64,000 bases of DNA from Candidatus Freyarchaeum deiterrae (GCA_037305845.1 CP147778.1:1024001-1088000); one strand, 5' to 3'. Counted from the stretch's first letter, positions 30,865 through 40,401 are shown. Numbers and translations: made by a program. Notes: generated by a model from the letters alone, not told the origin.

Positions 30865-32035
30865 ATGGCAAAAATAACAGTCTCCTTAATAAAAGCAGAT
30901 ATAGGTTCCTTAGCTGGCCACACAACCGTACATCCAGACTGCCTAGAATCAGCCAAAAACTCGTTAAAAAAAGGAAAGGAAGACGGAACAATAATTGATT
31001 ATCACGTAACCCACGCAGGCGATGACCTAGAGCTAATAATGACACACAGAAGGGGTGAAAACAACGAAAAAGTACACAAACTAGCCTGGGACACCTTTAC
31101 CAAAGCAACTGAAATTTCGAGGAAACTCAAGTTATACGCAGCAGGTCAAGATCTACTCAAAGACACATTCAGCGGAAACGTCAAAGGAATGGGACCAGGA
31201 GTCGCAGAAATTGAATTCGAGGAAAGAGCAAGCGACCCTCTAATAGCATTCATGGCAGACAAAACCGAGCCCGGAGCCTTCAACTATCCGATATTCAAAA
31301 TCTTCGCAGATCCCTTCAACACAGCAGGACTAATAATAGATCCCTCTCTACACCAAGGATTCACATTTGACGTTCATGATGTAATGGAAAACAAAGGAGT
31401 ACCAATACAATGCCCGGAAGAGATGTACGATCTTTTAGCATTAATAGGAACAACAGGTAGATACGTAATCAGAAAAGTGTGGAGAAAAGACAAATTACCA
31501 TGCGCGGCAATCTCCACAACACGGCTCAGCTTAATAGCGGGAAAATATGTAGGAAAAGACGACCCTGTTGCCCTCATACGTGCTCAAAACGGGCTACCAG
31601 CCACCGGAGAAATTTTAGAACCATTCGCATTCCCTCACCTGGTAGCAGGCTGGATGAGAGGCAGTCACACGGGACCTCTAATGCCTGTCAGCGTTAAGAA
31701 CGCTGTTTGTACTAGGTTCGATGGACCGCCAAGAATTGTTGCCTTGGGCTTCAACATTTCCGACGGCTACTTAGTTGGACCAATAGACCTATTCGACGAC
31801 CCAGCATTCGATCTAACAAGACAGCAAGCGAATGAAGTAGCAGACTTCATGCGCAGACACGGACCTTTCATGCCACACAGACTAGGACCCGAGGAGATGG
31901 AATACACATGCGCGAGTTTCTTTATACTTGTATATCGAATCGCGTTCGAATACAATTGAGGTTTGCCTCACGCAGTAGAACACCCTTCCCGGAGTTCTGA
32001 AAAAGTTGGATAATCGGTTCATGAAGGAAGATTAA
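30865..32035 (+). CDS. fbp: Fructose-1,6-bisphosphate aldolase/phosphatase (class V FBPase), join(30865..31907,31981..32035), 365 aa if spliced
   Basis: KADIGS..GH, GDD, YAAGQDLL, DKTEPGAFN, YVGKDDP, GWMRGSH, EMEY; expected C-terminus TLPGVLKKLDNRF found 73 nt downstream in another frame. Confidence 0.95.
31908..31980 (+). other. Candidate bulge-helix-bulge (tRNA splicing endonuclease-type) intron in fbp mRNA
   Basis: ATAC-ACA-TGCG...CGCA-GTAG-AAC; cleavage AC/A and AA/C gives TAC ACC ACC CTT CCC (YTTLP); insert is strongly self-complementary. Confidence 0.75.
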
Positions 32036-32117
32036 TTTGCAATACCCTCTTTTCCTTCCCTTTTTCTTTTTTTATTTTGTTTAAGGTTTTTGGGCCTTTA
32101 TTTTGATAGAATCCGCT

Positions 32118-32267
32118 CTACACAGCTATTTCTTCGATTCTTATGTCTGCTATGGTGCGGGCTAGTGTGTATCTGTATTTTCTTACATTCTCTTCCTTAT
32201 CCTCAGTAAGGGTATCATAGACGTCTTTTAACTGGTTAAGGATGACTTTTGTAGTTGTTCTGTCCAT
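32118..32267 (-). CDS. Small hypothetical protein (49 aa), absent from the ORF track
   Basis: MDRTTTKVILNQLKDVYDTLTEDKEENVRKYRYTLARTIADIRIEEIAV; purine-rich GGAAGG upstream. Confidence 0.55.
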   Translation of the reverse strand: MDRTTTKVILNQLKDVYDTLTEDKEENVRKYRYTLARTIADIRIEEIAV

Positions 32268-32299
32268 TTTTTTATCGCCTTCCTTTTTTTTCCTCAATT

Positions 32300-32388
32300 G
32301 TATGTAAGTTATGTGGTTTTTTCAATTATTAATTTACATACTTTTACAATGTTTACATACACAGTCTATACGTACACTAGTTACATTA
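32300..32388. promoter_or_regulatory. TTACATAC repeats in the divergent promoter region
   Basis: GTATGTAA 32300-07 (inverted), TTACATAC 32334-41 and 32353-60, TTACATTA 32381-88. Confidence 0.4.
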
Positions 32389-32438
32389 ATAAGGCTTTCG
32401 AAACATACATTAAATTAAGAAACTTGGGGAAAGATCCT

Positions 32439-33713
32439 ATGAGTTATGACATACTCATTAAGAAGGACAAATACAAACAGTTCCATCTAAAAGGAAACCC
32501 TTTCGTAAAAACTTCTGCGGAAGCTATGACCGAAGAGGAGATACTTGAAACTCTAGTGTTTACAGCAGAAGACGAATCGATAGCCACAAACATAGACATT
32601 GTTCTCAGCGGAGGCGGAGCGACCATCAGCTTGGTGGGTGACTACGGGACTGGGAAAAGCGTTAGAGCTGTAGCCATAGCTGAAACTTTTAAGAAACATG
32701 GCGGATTGGTTTTCTTATGCAAGGTTCCCAGTGGAGACCCTGTTAGATACGCGAACGCACTTTTTGAATCAGTATGTCCCGAAGCACTCTCTCTAAAACT
32801 CCCCGTTGAAGATAAAGATTTTATTTTTGAAATTCGGGAATACTATAAAAATTTGAATATAAAAAATTTGGAGTTTGATTCTCATAAGGCGGGGAGAGAT
32901 TTAGCAAGCGTTTTTTCTATTTTGAGTAAAAACGATTATTCTACCTGTTTTATCATAGACGAGTTTGAAGAGTTAATTTCTGCGGGAAATGAGAAAGAAA
33001 TTAGAGAAGCCTTTACTCTTACTAGGGAATATCTTTCAAGGGTTCACGGTTTAAAGAAACACATCACGGTTATTTGTAGCAGCCCAAAATCTTGGCAGAT
33101 GGTTAAAGATATTCATCCAGCTGTTATCTCAAGGATTATGGCTGAGATAGAATTTGAAGAACTTGATAATAATTCGGCTGTTGAACTGGTTAGCAAGAGA
33201 CTGAAAATATATAGAGAGGATAACCCTCCGAATCCCATTTTCCCTTTTACAAAGGAGGTTATTGAGAAAGCTAATGAGGTAGCCTATCATAATCCTCGCT
33301 ACTTACTAGTTATTCTACGAAGCACACTTGAGGCAGCCTTAAAAAGGGAGAGTAGTCAGAGTGTAGAGCTTCAAGATTTAGATACAGGCATTCGTCTGGC
33401 CAGAGGAAAGCTCAGCACGAGTATTCTTAAGAGAATGAAGGAAGAACTGACTACTAGGGAACTCGACATTTTCTTGAAAATCTGCGAAAAGTTTGGCGGC
33501 GGACCAGTTTTTGCCAGTCAGTTAGCCGAATCTTTGGATATTGACCAAGGGAATATTTCAAGGTACCTCAACAAGTTGTCTAAAATAGGGTATTTAGATC
33601 AAAATAGAGAGGGGCAGAAGGTCTTGTTCGAAGCAAAAGAACTCTATAAAGTAGTTTTCGCTAGGAAGAAAACCACCAAGATTGAGGTTAAACCTGATAA
33701 AGGTGAAGAATAA
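32439..33713 (+). CDS. P-loop AAA+ ATPase with C-terminal winged HTH (ExeA/Orc1-Cdc6-like architecture)
   Basis: LKGNPF, GDYGTGKS, IIDEFEE, AVISRI, PIFPF, HNPR, C-terminal QLAESLDIDQGNISRYLNKL. Confidence 0.85.
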   Translation: MSYDILIKKDKYKQFHLKGNPFVKTSAEAMTEEEILETLVFTAEDESIATNIDIVLSGGGATISLVGDYGTGKSVRAVAIAETFKKHGGLVFLCKVPSGDPVRYANALFESVCPEALSLKLPVEDKDFIFEIREYYKNLNIKNLEFDSHKAGRDLASVFSILSKNDYSTCFIIDEFEELISAGNEKEIREAFTLTREYLSRVHGLKKHITVICSSPKSWQMVKDIHPAVISRIMAEIEFEELDNNSAVELVSKRLKIYREDNPPNPIFPFTKEVIEKANEVAYHNPRYLLVILRSTLEAALKRESSQSVELQDLDTGIRLARGKLSTSILKRMKEELTTRELDIFLKICEKFGGGPVFASQLAESLDIDQGNISRYLNKLSKIGYLDQNREGQKVLFEAKELYKVVFARKKTTKIEVKPDKGEE

Positions 33714-33743
33714 AAAAAATCTTTTTAAAATATTAAAGAAATT

Positions 33744-35543
33744 TTAGTCTTTACCAATTGGAATATAATAGTATTCTCCTTGTTCCTTTTGTGACCTATC
33801 TAGTCTTGAATCTGCCTTGTTAATTCTAGGTCTGCCATTTTCTGGATCTCTACGGAAGGTTATGTTTAAAGCTTTAAGGAATTGATTCATGCCTGTCCTG
33901 AGGTCGGTGGGTGCCGAGGCTTCACCTTCTACTCCGGGTATCCCACTAAAGACCATAAGGCTATCTGAGAGGCTGTCTACGCCAATAATGTCATGCTCAA
34001 CAATAAAAGAAGCGACCTGCCAGTTTTCAATAAAGCGTCTGACTACTCGCGCCATTATAAGCCTCTGTTCCGATGATAGAAAGGCGCTAGGTTCATCAAG
34101 AAGATAAATGTCTGCTTCTCGGGATAAACAAGCTGCTATAGCGGCACTCTGGAGTTCTCCACCGCTTAGTTCTTTAACCGATCTATCGAGCAAATTTTCC
34201 AGTTCTAAGGGTTTGATTACATCAGACTTGAATACACTACTATTTGCTCTTTTTCCTCCAGCCTCTCGGAGTAACATTTCTATTGTTCCTTCGTAGTTAG
34301 CACTAAGGTATTGGGGTTTGTAGCTGACTTTTATGTCTTTTTCGGGCGGTTCACCTTCATCAGGCGGAATCTCCCCAGCGAGTAATTTGATGAAAGTCGT
34401 TTTACCAATTCCGTTTGGTCCTATTATTCCCACTACTTCTCCTCTGTGGATTTTACCACTCTGAACCTTTAATGAGAAACCATCGTAGCCTTTTTTCATT
34501 TGTCCAAATGAAAGAAGAACTTCTTGCCCTTCCCATCCTCCAGAAGGTGTAGGTCGTGTGTGAAATCTAATGGGCTCTGTACGAAAACGCAGATTTTCAT
34601 CTGGAAGAAATCCAGCAAGGTAGATGTTTATTCCCTCTCTGGCACCGTGCGGATTTGAAGCCACGCCATAGGCTCCGGGAACGCCGTAGAACATGCATAC
34701 AGCGTCGCTTAGATAGTCTACTAGGGCTAGATCATGTTCTACACATATTACCGTTTTTTTCTCGTCAGCAAGTCTTCTTATTACTCGTGCTATGTTTAGG
34801 CGCTGGTAGATGTCTTCGTAGCTCGATGGTTCGTCAAAGAGATAGACATCAGCATCCCTTTCAACGGTAGCAGCTATAGCAACTCTTTGGAGTTCACCGC
34901 CGCTTAGAACTTTAAGTTCTCTGTCAAATAGTCTTTTTAACTCTAATTCTTCTGCGAGTTTTCCTATTATTCCTCTTTCGTCGACTTTTTCTAGGAGTTC
35001 CCCCGCCATTCCCTTTGCTACCTCTGGTAGCCGGGTAATGTTTTGGGGTTTATGAACTATTCGTAGTTCGCCGGTAGACATTTTTTCGAAGTAAGGTTGT
35101 AACTCGCTACCGCGGTAGTATTTGATTATACTATCCCACTCTGGGGGATTTTCATAGTTACCCAGATTTGGTTTAATTTCGCCAGACAGTATCCTAACTG
35201 CTGTGGTTTTACCTACACCGTTTGGACCTATTAATCCAGTTACCTTTTCGGGCTTGGGTATAGGCAAACGGTAGAGTTTGAAAGCGTTCGGACCGTACCG
35301 GTGTGTTAAATTTTCTTCCAGCTCTTCTGGAAGATTGATAATATTTATGGCTTTAAAGGGGCACTTCTTGGTACATAGTGCAGTTCCTTGACATAGCTTT
35401 TCTGATATTATTGCCTGACCGGTGTCTGGATCGAAGGTAATGGCTTCTTCTCCCATTCTCACTACTGGACAGAATCTGTAGCATTCTTTTTGGCAGTCTT
35501 TTGGTTTGCAACGTTCTCTGTCGACTATTGCTATTCTCACCAT
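33744..35543 (-). CDS. rli: Ribosome recycling ATPase ABCE1/RLI
   Basis: N-terminal FeS domain, HRYGPNAFKL, two GPNGxGKT NBDs, LSGGELQ, TFRRD..GRPRINK. Confidence 0.98.
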   Translation of the reverse strand: MVRIAIVDRERCKPKDCQKECYRFCPVVRMGEEAITFDPDTGQAIISEKLCQGTALCTKKCPFKAINIINLPEELEENLTHRYGPNAFKLYRLPIPKPEKVTGLIGPNGVGKTTAVRILSGEIKPNLGNYENPPEWDSIIKYYRGSELQPYFEKMSTGELRIVHKPQNITRLPEVAKGMAGELLEKVDERGIIGKLAEELELKRLFDRELKVLSGGELQRVAIAATVERDADVYLFDEPSSYEDIYQRLNIARVIRRLADEKKTVICVEHDLALVDYLSDAVCMFYGVPGAYGVASNPHGAREGINIYLAGFLPDENLRFRTEPIRFHTRPTPSGGWEGQEVLLSFGQMKKGYDGFSLKVQSGKIHRGEVVGIIGPNGIGKTTFIKLLAGEIPPDEGEPPEKDIKVSYKPQYLSANYEGTIEMLLREAGGKRANSSVFKSDVIKPLELENLLDRSVKELSGGELQSAAIAACLSREADIYLLDEPSAFLSSEQRLIMARVVRRFIENWQVASFIVEHDIIGVDSLSDSLMVFSGIPGVEGEASAPTDLRTGMNQFLKALNITFRRDPENGRPRINKADSRLDRSQKEQGEYYYIPIGKD

Positions 35544-35848
35544 ATGCAGCCCTCAACACTTAGTTTAGCTTTAATGAAAATGCTCTTAATTAACAGTTTA
35601 TTTAATGCTGATTCTATTCTCTTTTAGGGGGTTTCAGCATTCCATCTTTACGTTTGGGAAGACACCTAATAATCTTTTTTAGTTGACTGATTTTTTAAAG
35701 GCCGATATTCCCCAAGATATTTTTTGGGGAAACTTGCGACTTAGATTTTTATTTAGTTTTCTATTTTATATTTATATAATTTTTTATATTTTCTTATTTA
35801 ATTCGCTTAGTTTTTATATTAAACTCTACACCAATCTTTGGTGGTTAA

Positions 35849-36025
35849 ATGGTCAAGGTAAAAATTGTTCTGGCAGCCCTACTAACAGTAGTACTGTTAG
35901 CCCTAGTCGTGGCTCCGTTTGTGGGAACGGGACTAGTCAGCGCTGCGACTTTAGCACCGTACGGATCATGGTTCTGTTGGCCATGGTTCGGCTGGATATT
36001 CCCAGTGCTCCCATATCCCATCTGA
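35849..36025 (+). CDS. Putative secreted micropeptide precursor (58 aa), absent from the ORF track
   Basis: MVKVKIVLAALLTVVLLALVVAPFVGTGLVSA-ATLAPYGSWFCWPWFGWIFPVLPYPI; GGTGGT RBS, TTTTTATATT upstream, T-run downstream. Confidence 0.7.
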   Translation: MVKVKIVLAALLTVVLLALVVAPFVGTGLVSAATLAPYGSWFCWPWFGWIFPVLPYPI

Positions 36026-36363
36026 AGCATCTATGAGGTTGCTGATAGCACCTCCTCCTTTTTTTATCCATTTCAATTAAGTTAGTTTAAATTTCAAGTT
36101 ACTTCACTGCTCTCTTAGGAAAAGATTTTTATAATTAAATAAGTCGAAAACCCCTTTTTTTGTTTCCCCAGGTTTAAGAAATTAAGAGGGATATTCGTCT
36201 ACTAGAGCTAAAACAGCCCGTGTTTTGTTTTTAATTTTAGAATTCAAGGTAATTGTAAGGGTGAGGAAAAATTTAAACGATATTGGTTAATCTTAAATTT
36301 AGTTTGTCTCTCAATTATTCATGTATCGTACATTTCTAGATTTTGGTTGACAAGGTGTTTTAA

Positions 36364-37131
36364 TTGGTGGAAACATGGCGCTTTTTGGATTTGGGAATAG
36401 TTGATCCTCCGACTAGCGGTGCAGTGGGTGAAGCTATTCTGTTAGCGCGTTCAAAGAAGATGGTTCCAGATACCCTATTTCTATATCAGAGGGATCCGCC
36501 GGCGTGTTCTATAGGTTACTTTCAAGCGGTAGAGAATGTGGTAGATGTTGAGGAGTGTAAAAGACTAGGTGTTGATATTTGTAGAAGGATAACGGGAGGA
36601 GGGGCGATTTACTCGGACGTAGAGAATCTCACCTACAACATTGTTGTGAGTGAGAGTAACAAGAAAATACCTCAAGATATTTTGAAATCATACGAGGTAC
36701 TTTGCGGCGGTTTAGTTGAAAGCCTAAAAATGCTCGGACTGGATGCGAGATTCAAACCCGTGAACGATATTCTAGTTGACGAAAAAAAAATCAGTGGAAG
36801 TTCCCAGACGAGAAGAAAAAAAGTTGTACTACATCACGGAACGCTTCTCGTAAAAACAGACATAAAAACCATGTCGAAAGTATTAAAGGTATCAAAAGAA
36901 AAAATGAGCGACAAAACCGCTAAATCCGTTGAAGAAAGAGTCATAAATCTAGAAACATTGTTAAAAAAGAAGCCAGACATAGAAATGATAAAAAAATTAT
37001 TAAAAAGAGGGTTTGAAAAAGCTCTGGATATAGAACTTATACCAAGCGAACTCTCAGAGCACGAAAAGCGACTAACTGATGAACTTAAAAAAGAAAAATA
37101 TTCTACCAAAGAATGGAACTTCCGACGCTGA
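36364..37131 (+). CDS. Lipoate-protein ligase/octanoyltransferase catalytic domain
   Basis: SIGYFQ, RRITGGGAIY, VNDI, KKISGSSQ, HHGTLL, WNFRR. Confidence 0.93.
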   Translation: MVETWRFLDLGIVDPPTSGAVGEAILLARSKKMVPDTLFLYQRDPPACSIGYFQAVENVVDVEECKRLGVDICRRITGGGAIYSDVENLTYNIVVSESNKKIPQDILKSYEVLCGGLVESLKMLGLDARFKPVNDILVDEKKISGSSQTRRKKVVLHHGTLLVKTDIKTMSKVLKVSKEKMSDKTAKSVEERVINLETLLKKKPDIEMIKKLLKRGFEKALDIELIPSELSEHEKRLTDELKKEKYSTKEWNFRR

Positions 37132-37147
37132 AAATAAGCTCTTTTTT

Positions 37148-38176
37148 TTAAATTTTCTCTCTTATTCTTGCTTCAAATTCACTGGGCAACGCACAACAAG
37201 AAGCATACCTTTCGATTTTTAAACCAAGCTCTTCCGCCTTTTTTAATGCTGGTGGCGTAGGCATTCCCATTCTATCAACCACATTTAAAGCCAAAAGGTC
37301 TAATACTCTTCTCTTGATTCCACTTGGGCGCATACATCCAAGAGATATGGAGGTTTTTCTGAGCATCAACCGCGCAACCGCAATTATCTTCATCACTGTT
37401 TCAGCACTAGGGGGAGTAACCTCCTCCATAAGTGTGCCGGGTGTTGGAATTATTGTTATAAAGACTAATATCTCAGGATTAATTTTCTCTATTATTTTAA
37501 GGGCATTGATTTCACCACTTATCTTTCCAAAATTTAAACCAATGCAAATATGTGGAACAATATGTTTTATTCCCGCATTTAAATGGTTATAAAGAGCCCT
37601 CTCATAATCCTCAACTGTTTTATTTAGCCCATAAACGCCATTTATGGTTTCGTTATCACCAATCACATCAATTGAAGCTACATCGATTTTAGCTTCCGAC
37701 AACCTCGCAGCCAGATCCGAGTTCAACAATCCAGTATGCACATTCAGAACAAGATCGGTATCCTCTTTGACTCGTTTAATTACATCCACATATTGTTCGA
37801 GTGGAACATAACCATCTATGGTATTCCCACCACTTATTAGGCAACCCACCGCACCTTCACGGTATAAATCCAAACATACTTGATAAAGTTGATCAGGAGT
37901 CATCGCAGGTATCATGTGTTGAAGGTAGTGATGGTTACAATGAGCGCACCTTAAGTTACAGGATTCTCCTGTTATGGATATTGAAGGAAACATTTGTGAT
38001 GGATAATAAGTACGTAGAACGCGTCCCACTTCACGGTCAGTTACTATCCTAGACACGCTTAACAATTTCTCAAAATTTTTACCGTCAACGTTTAACAGGC
38101 TTTGCGCTTCCTGAGAGGTAATTTTCCTATTCAAAGCCTGATTTAGAAGAACCGTAATATTTTTTTGTGCTTCCAC
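37148..38176 (-). CDS. lipS1: Radical SAM protein, LipS1-type lipoyl synthase component
   Basis: CNLRCAHC, LISGG, GCMRP and C-terminal CC motifs; next to the lipoate ligase. Confidence 0.8.
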   Translation of the reverse strand: MEAQKNITVLLNQALNRKITSQEAQSLLNVDGKNFEKLLSVSRIVTDREVGRVLRTYYPSQMFPSISITGESCNLRCAHCNHHYLQHMIPAMTPDQLYQVCLDLYREGAVGCLISGGNTIDGYVPLEQYVDVIKRVKEDTDLVLNVHTGLLNSDLAARLSEAKIDVASIDVIGDNETINGVYGLNKTVEDYERALYNHLNAGIKHIVPHICIGLNFGKISGEINALKIIEKINPEILVFITIIPTPGTLMEEVTPPSAETVMKIIAVARLMLRKTSISLGCMRPSGIKRRVLDLLALNVVDRMGMPTPPALKKAEELGLKIERYASCCALPSEFEARIREKI

Positions 38177-38248
38177 TTCTGTTCACACAAACAATTCTTT
38201 TCTGTGTTCTTCCAGACATTTACCCAATATAAATATGAGGGTTTCAAA

Positions 38249-39292
38249 ATGCATAAGGAAATACCGCAAATGGCTAAGGTTAAGGCAGAACTCCTGGAAA
38301 ACGGAGCAATATTCGTATCAAATGTTAAGGACCTAACCTTCCTTGCAGATCGCTCAACCGCAGGTCCAAGTACAGGTCTTAACAGTATTTTTCTCCGTTT
38401 CGATGATGGAAGACTAGTACGCCTTAGATTAGCGGAAACCCAGCAAGAAACACCCTACACTTACGATGTTAAACGCAAAATGATTCAGAAGAAAGAGAAG
38501 GATTGGTATCCCGCAAAACAGGTTGAAAGCCTTCTTCACTGCCCAGAACAGGCATTTCTTAACTTGGATTCAACCTGTATATACCACTGCAAGTTCTGTG
38601 CAACTCCCCTAATACAATCCCATATTTCACACAGAACCCTTAAGCCCCAAGTAGTGACGAGAACCATTAAGCGTGTAGCGGACAAAGGTTTAAGTGGTGT
38701 AGCACTCACAACAGGCGTTTTCTCCTCGCCCACTGAGAGTGTGAAACATATGTGTCTAGTAGTGAAGGCAATACGCAAAGAATTCGGAGACGCCCTCCCT
38801 ATCGGAGTCGAACCCTTCGTCGAAGAAGAGAAACATGTGGATATGCTATACGCCGCCGGAGCAGACGAGATGAAAATCAACGTTGAAACTTATGACCCAG
38901 AAATCTTCGCGATTGTTTGCAGCGAACTCGACTACAAAAATAATCTAAGAATGATTAAATACGCAGGGAAAGTCTTTGGAGAAAACCGAGTCTGCTCAAA
39001 CATCATAATCGGACTCGGTGAAAAAGAGGAAACAATTAACGAGGGCGCAGAAGCACTTGCGGATTGGGGAGTGATCGCATCCCTAAGACCTCTGAACTTA
39101 AACCCTCTAATCAAAACATCATTACAAGAAGTCTTAAGCAATAGAGCCTCACGTCCATCAGCTGAAAAATTAATCTTACACGCAGTAAAACATAAGGAAA
39201 TCCTTGAGAAAAGAAGCTTAAACGTAACCAAGTTCAGAACCATGTGCCTAAGATGCACAGGTTGCGACATCGTACCCCAGAGAGACCTGTGA
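38249..39292 (+). CDS. Biotin-synthase-like radical SAM protein (possible LipS2 counterpart); likely start ATG 38249
   Basis: STAGP, HCPEQ, CIYHCKFC, IIGLGE, C-terminal TMCLRCTGCD. Confidence 0.75.
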   Translation: MHKEIPQMAKVKAELLENGAIFVSNVKDLTFLADRSTAGPSTGLNSIFLRFDDGRLVRLRLAETQQETPYTYDVKRKMIQKKEKDWYPAKQVESLLHCPEQAFLNLDSTCIYHCKFCATPLIQSHISHRTLKPQVVTRTIKRVADKGLSGVALTTGVFSSPTESVKHMCLVVKAIRKEFGDALPIGVEPFVEEEKHVDMLYAAGADEMKINVETYDPEIFAIVCSELDYKNNLRMIKYAGKVFGENRVCSNIIIGLGEKEETINEGAEALADWGVIASLRPLNLNPLIKTSLQEVLSNRASRPSAEKLILHAVKHKEILEKRSLNVTKFRTMCLRCTGCDIVPQRDL

Positions 39293-39306
39293 AAAGGAGC
39301 TAGAGT

Positions 39307-40200
39307 ATGCCTAGAGTAATCCACCCTCAACAAGTAAACCTCGTAAAAACCAAGGAAAAAGAAAACGTAAAAACCCTAAAAAAGAGAAGGGTGTTCCACA
39401 CTACAAGATACATAATAGTCCAGTCACCGAAAGGACTCTCAGTATACGAAATCAAAACCACAGGCGACAGCCTGATAAGAACAATATCAAACGCAATACT
39501 GCTAAGTGACGAGGAAGAAACACTAACCATAGACTGCCCTGACATCGATCCCACACAAAAAACCGAAATCATAAAAAACACTATGAAACACCTAAAAAAA
39601 GAAACACTAAGCATAGTTTACAAATCAAAATATGAACACACAGGAATTGCGCTGTTCGAACCTCAAAACACAACAGTAGGAATAATAGAGATTGTACCGC
39701 CCCCAGCCAAACTAGTTGATCAAGCACAAAACGCCCAAAAACAGGGACTAATACGCAAAGACACAAAATTCGAAACAAAGACAATTAACATCCTAGACGA
39801 AATACCCAATACAAACCTACCGGTGATTTATCCCTGCAGCGCGAGCACAGGAAAAGACTTTATTTTCTTAGACACCAACCCTGAAAGAGTAGCATCACTC
39901 AAGGAACAAGCCCTTGTAATAGGCTGCCCAATAACCTTCGAAACCGTCAAAGAACTAAACCCACAAATAACAGTAAAAAAAATTGATGTATGCCCGGCAC
40001 ACTACGCAAGAAAAGAAACTACACCAAACGACTTCTACATTGTAAGATGCTGCCGCGCGAGCACCCAAGGAACACAAATATACTCACCAAAAAACAAACC
40101 CATAATAGCCCTAGAATGGGGACCCACTATAGAAAATTTCCTAGACGCAATCTACTTAGGAACCCTAATAAAAAAACACCCCAACTACCCTCTTTTTTAA
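39307..40200 (+). CDS. Cys-containing hypothetical protein cotranscribed with the radical SAM gene
   Basis: AAGGAG RBS; YPC, IGC, DVCP, RCC motifs. Confidence 0.7.
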   Translation: MPRVIHPQQVNLVKTKEKENVKTLKKRRVFHTTRYIIVQSPKGLSVYEIKTTGDSLIRTISNAILLSDEEETLTIDCPDIDPTQKTEIIKNTMKHLKKETLSIVYKSKYEHTGIALFEPQNTTVGIIEIVPPPAKLVDQAQNAQKQGLIRKDTKFETKTINILDEIPNTNLPVIYPCSASTGKDFIFLDTNPERVASLKEQALVIGCPITFETVKELNPQITVKKIDVCPAHYARKETTPNDFYIVRCCRASTQGTQIYSPKNKPIIALEWGPTIENFLDAIYLGTLIKKHPNYPLF

Positions 40201-40401
40201 AACCAAAAACCCGCAAAACCAAAACCAATACACCCTGCCTTCAAACCCAAACCACTCACACGCCACAGGAACTCCGATATTCTAAATTTTTATATACTCT
40301 AGCTTCCCTTATTCTCTATTATCTCCAAATTCGTTAAAAATATATATTCTTTATAGATTTTTTAAAAAATCATATAATCTCAACTTTCTATGTCCAATTT
40401 A

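Noticed and set aside
31909-31959. ORF-track C-terminus CASFFILVYRIAFEYN as the true FBPase end
   Set aside because: The conserved tail is present downstream in another frame; this is read-through into the insert
31908-31980. Insert as a tRNA gene (73 nt, contains GTTCGAAT, acceptor-like stem)
   Set aside because: No T-stem pairing around GTTCGAAT and no D or anticodon arms in cloverleaf order; hairpin and BHB geometry explain it better
35683-36036. 117-aa plus and 61-aa minus ORFs
   Set aside because: Low-complexity; the 58-aa signal-peptide ORF in another frame has the RBS and coherent features
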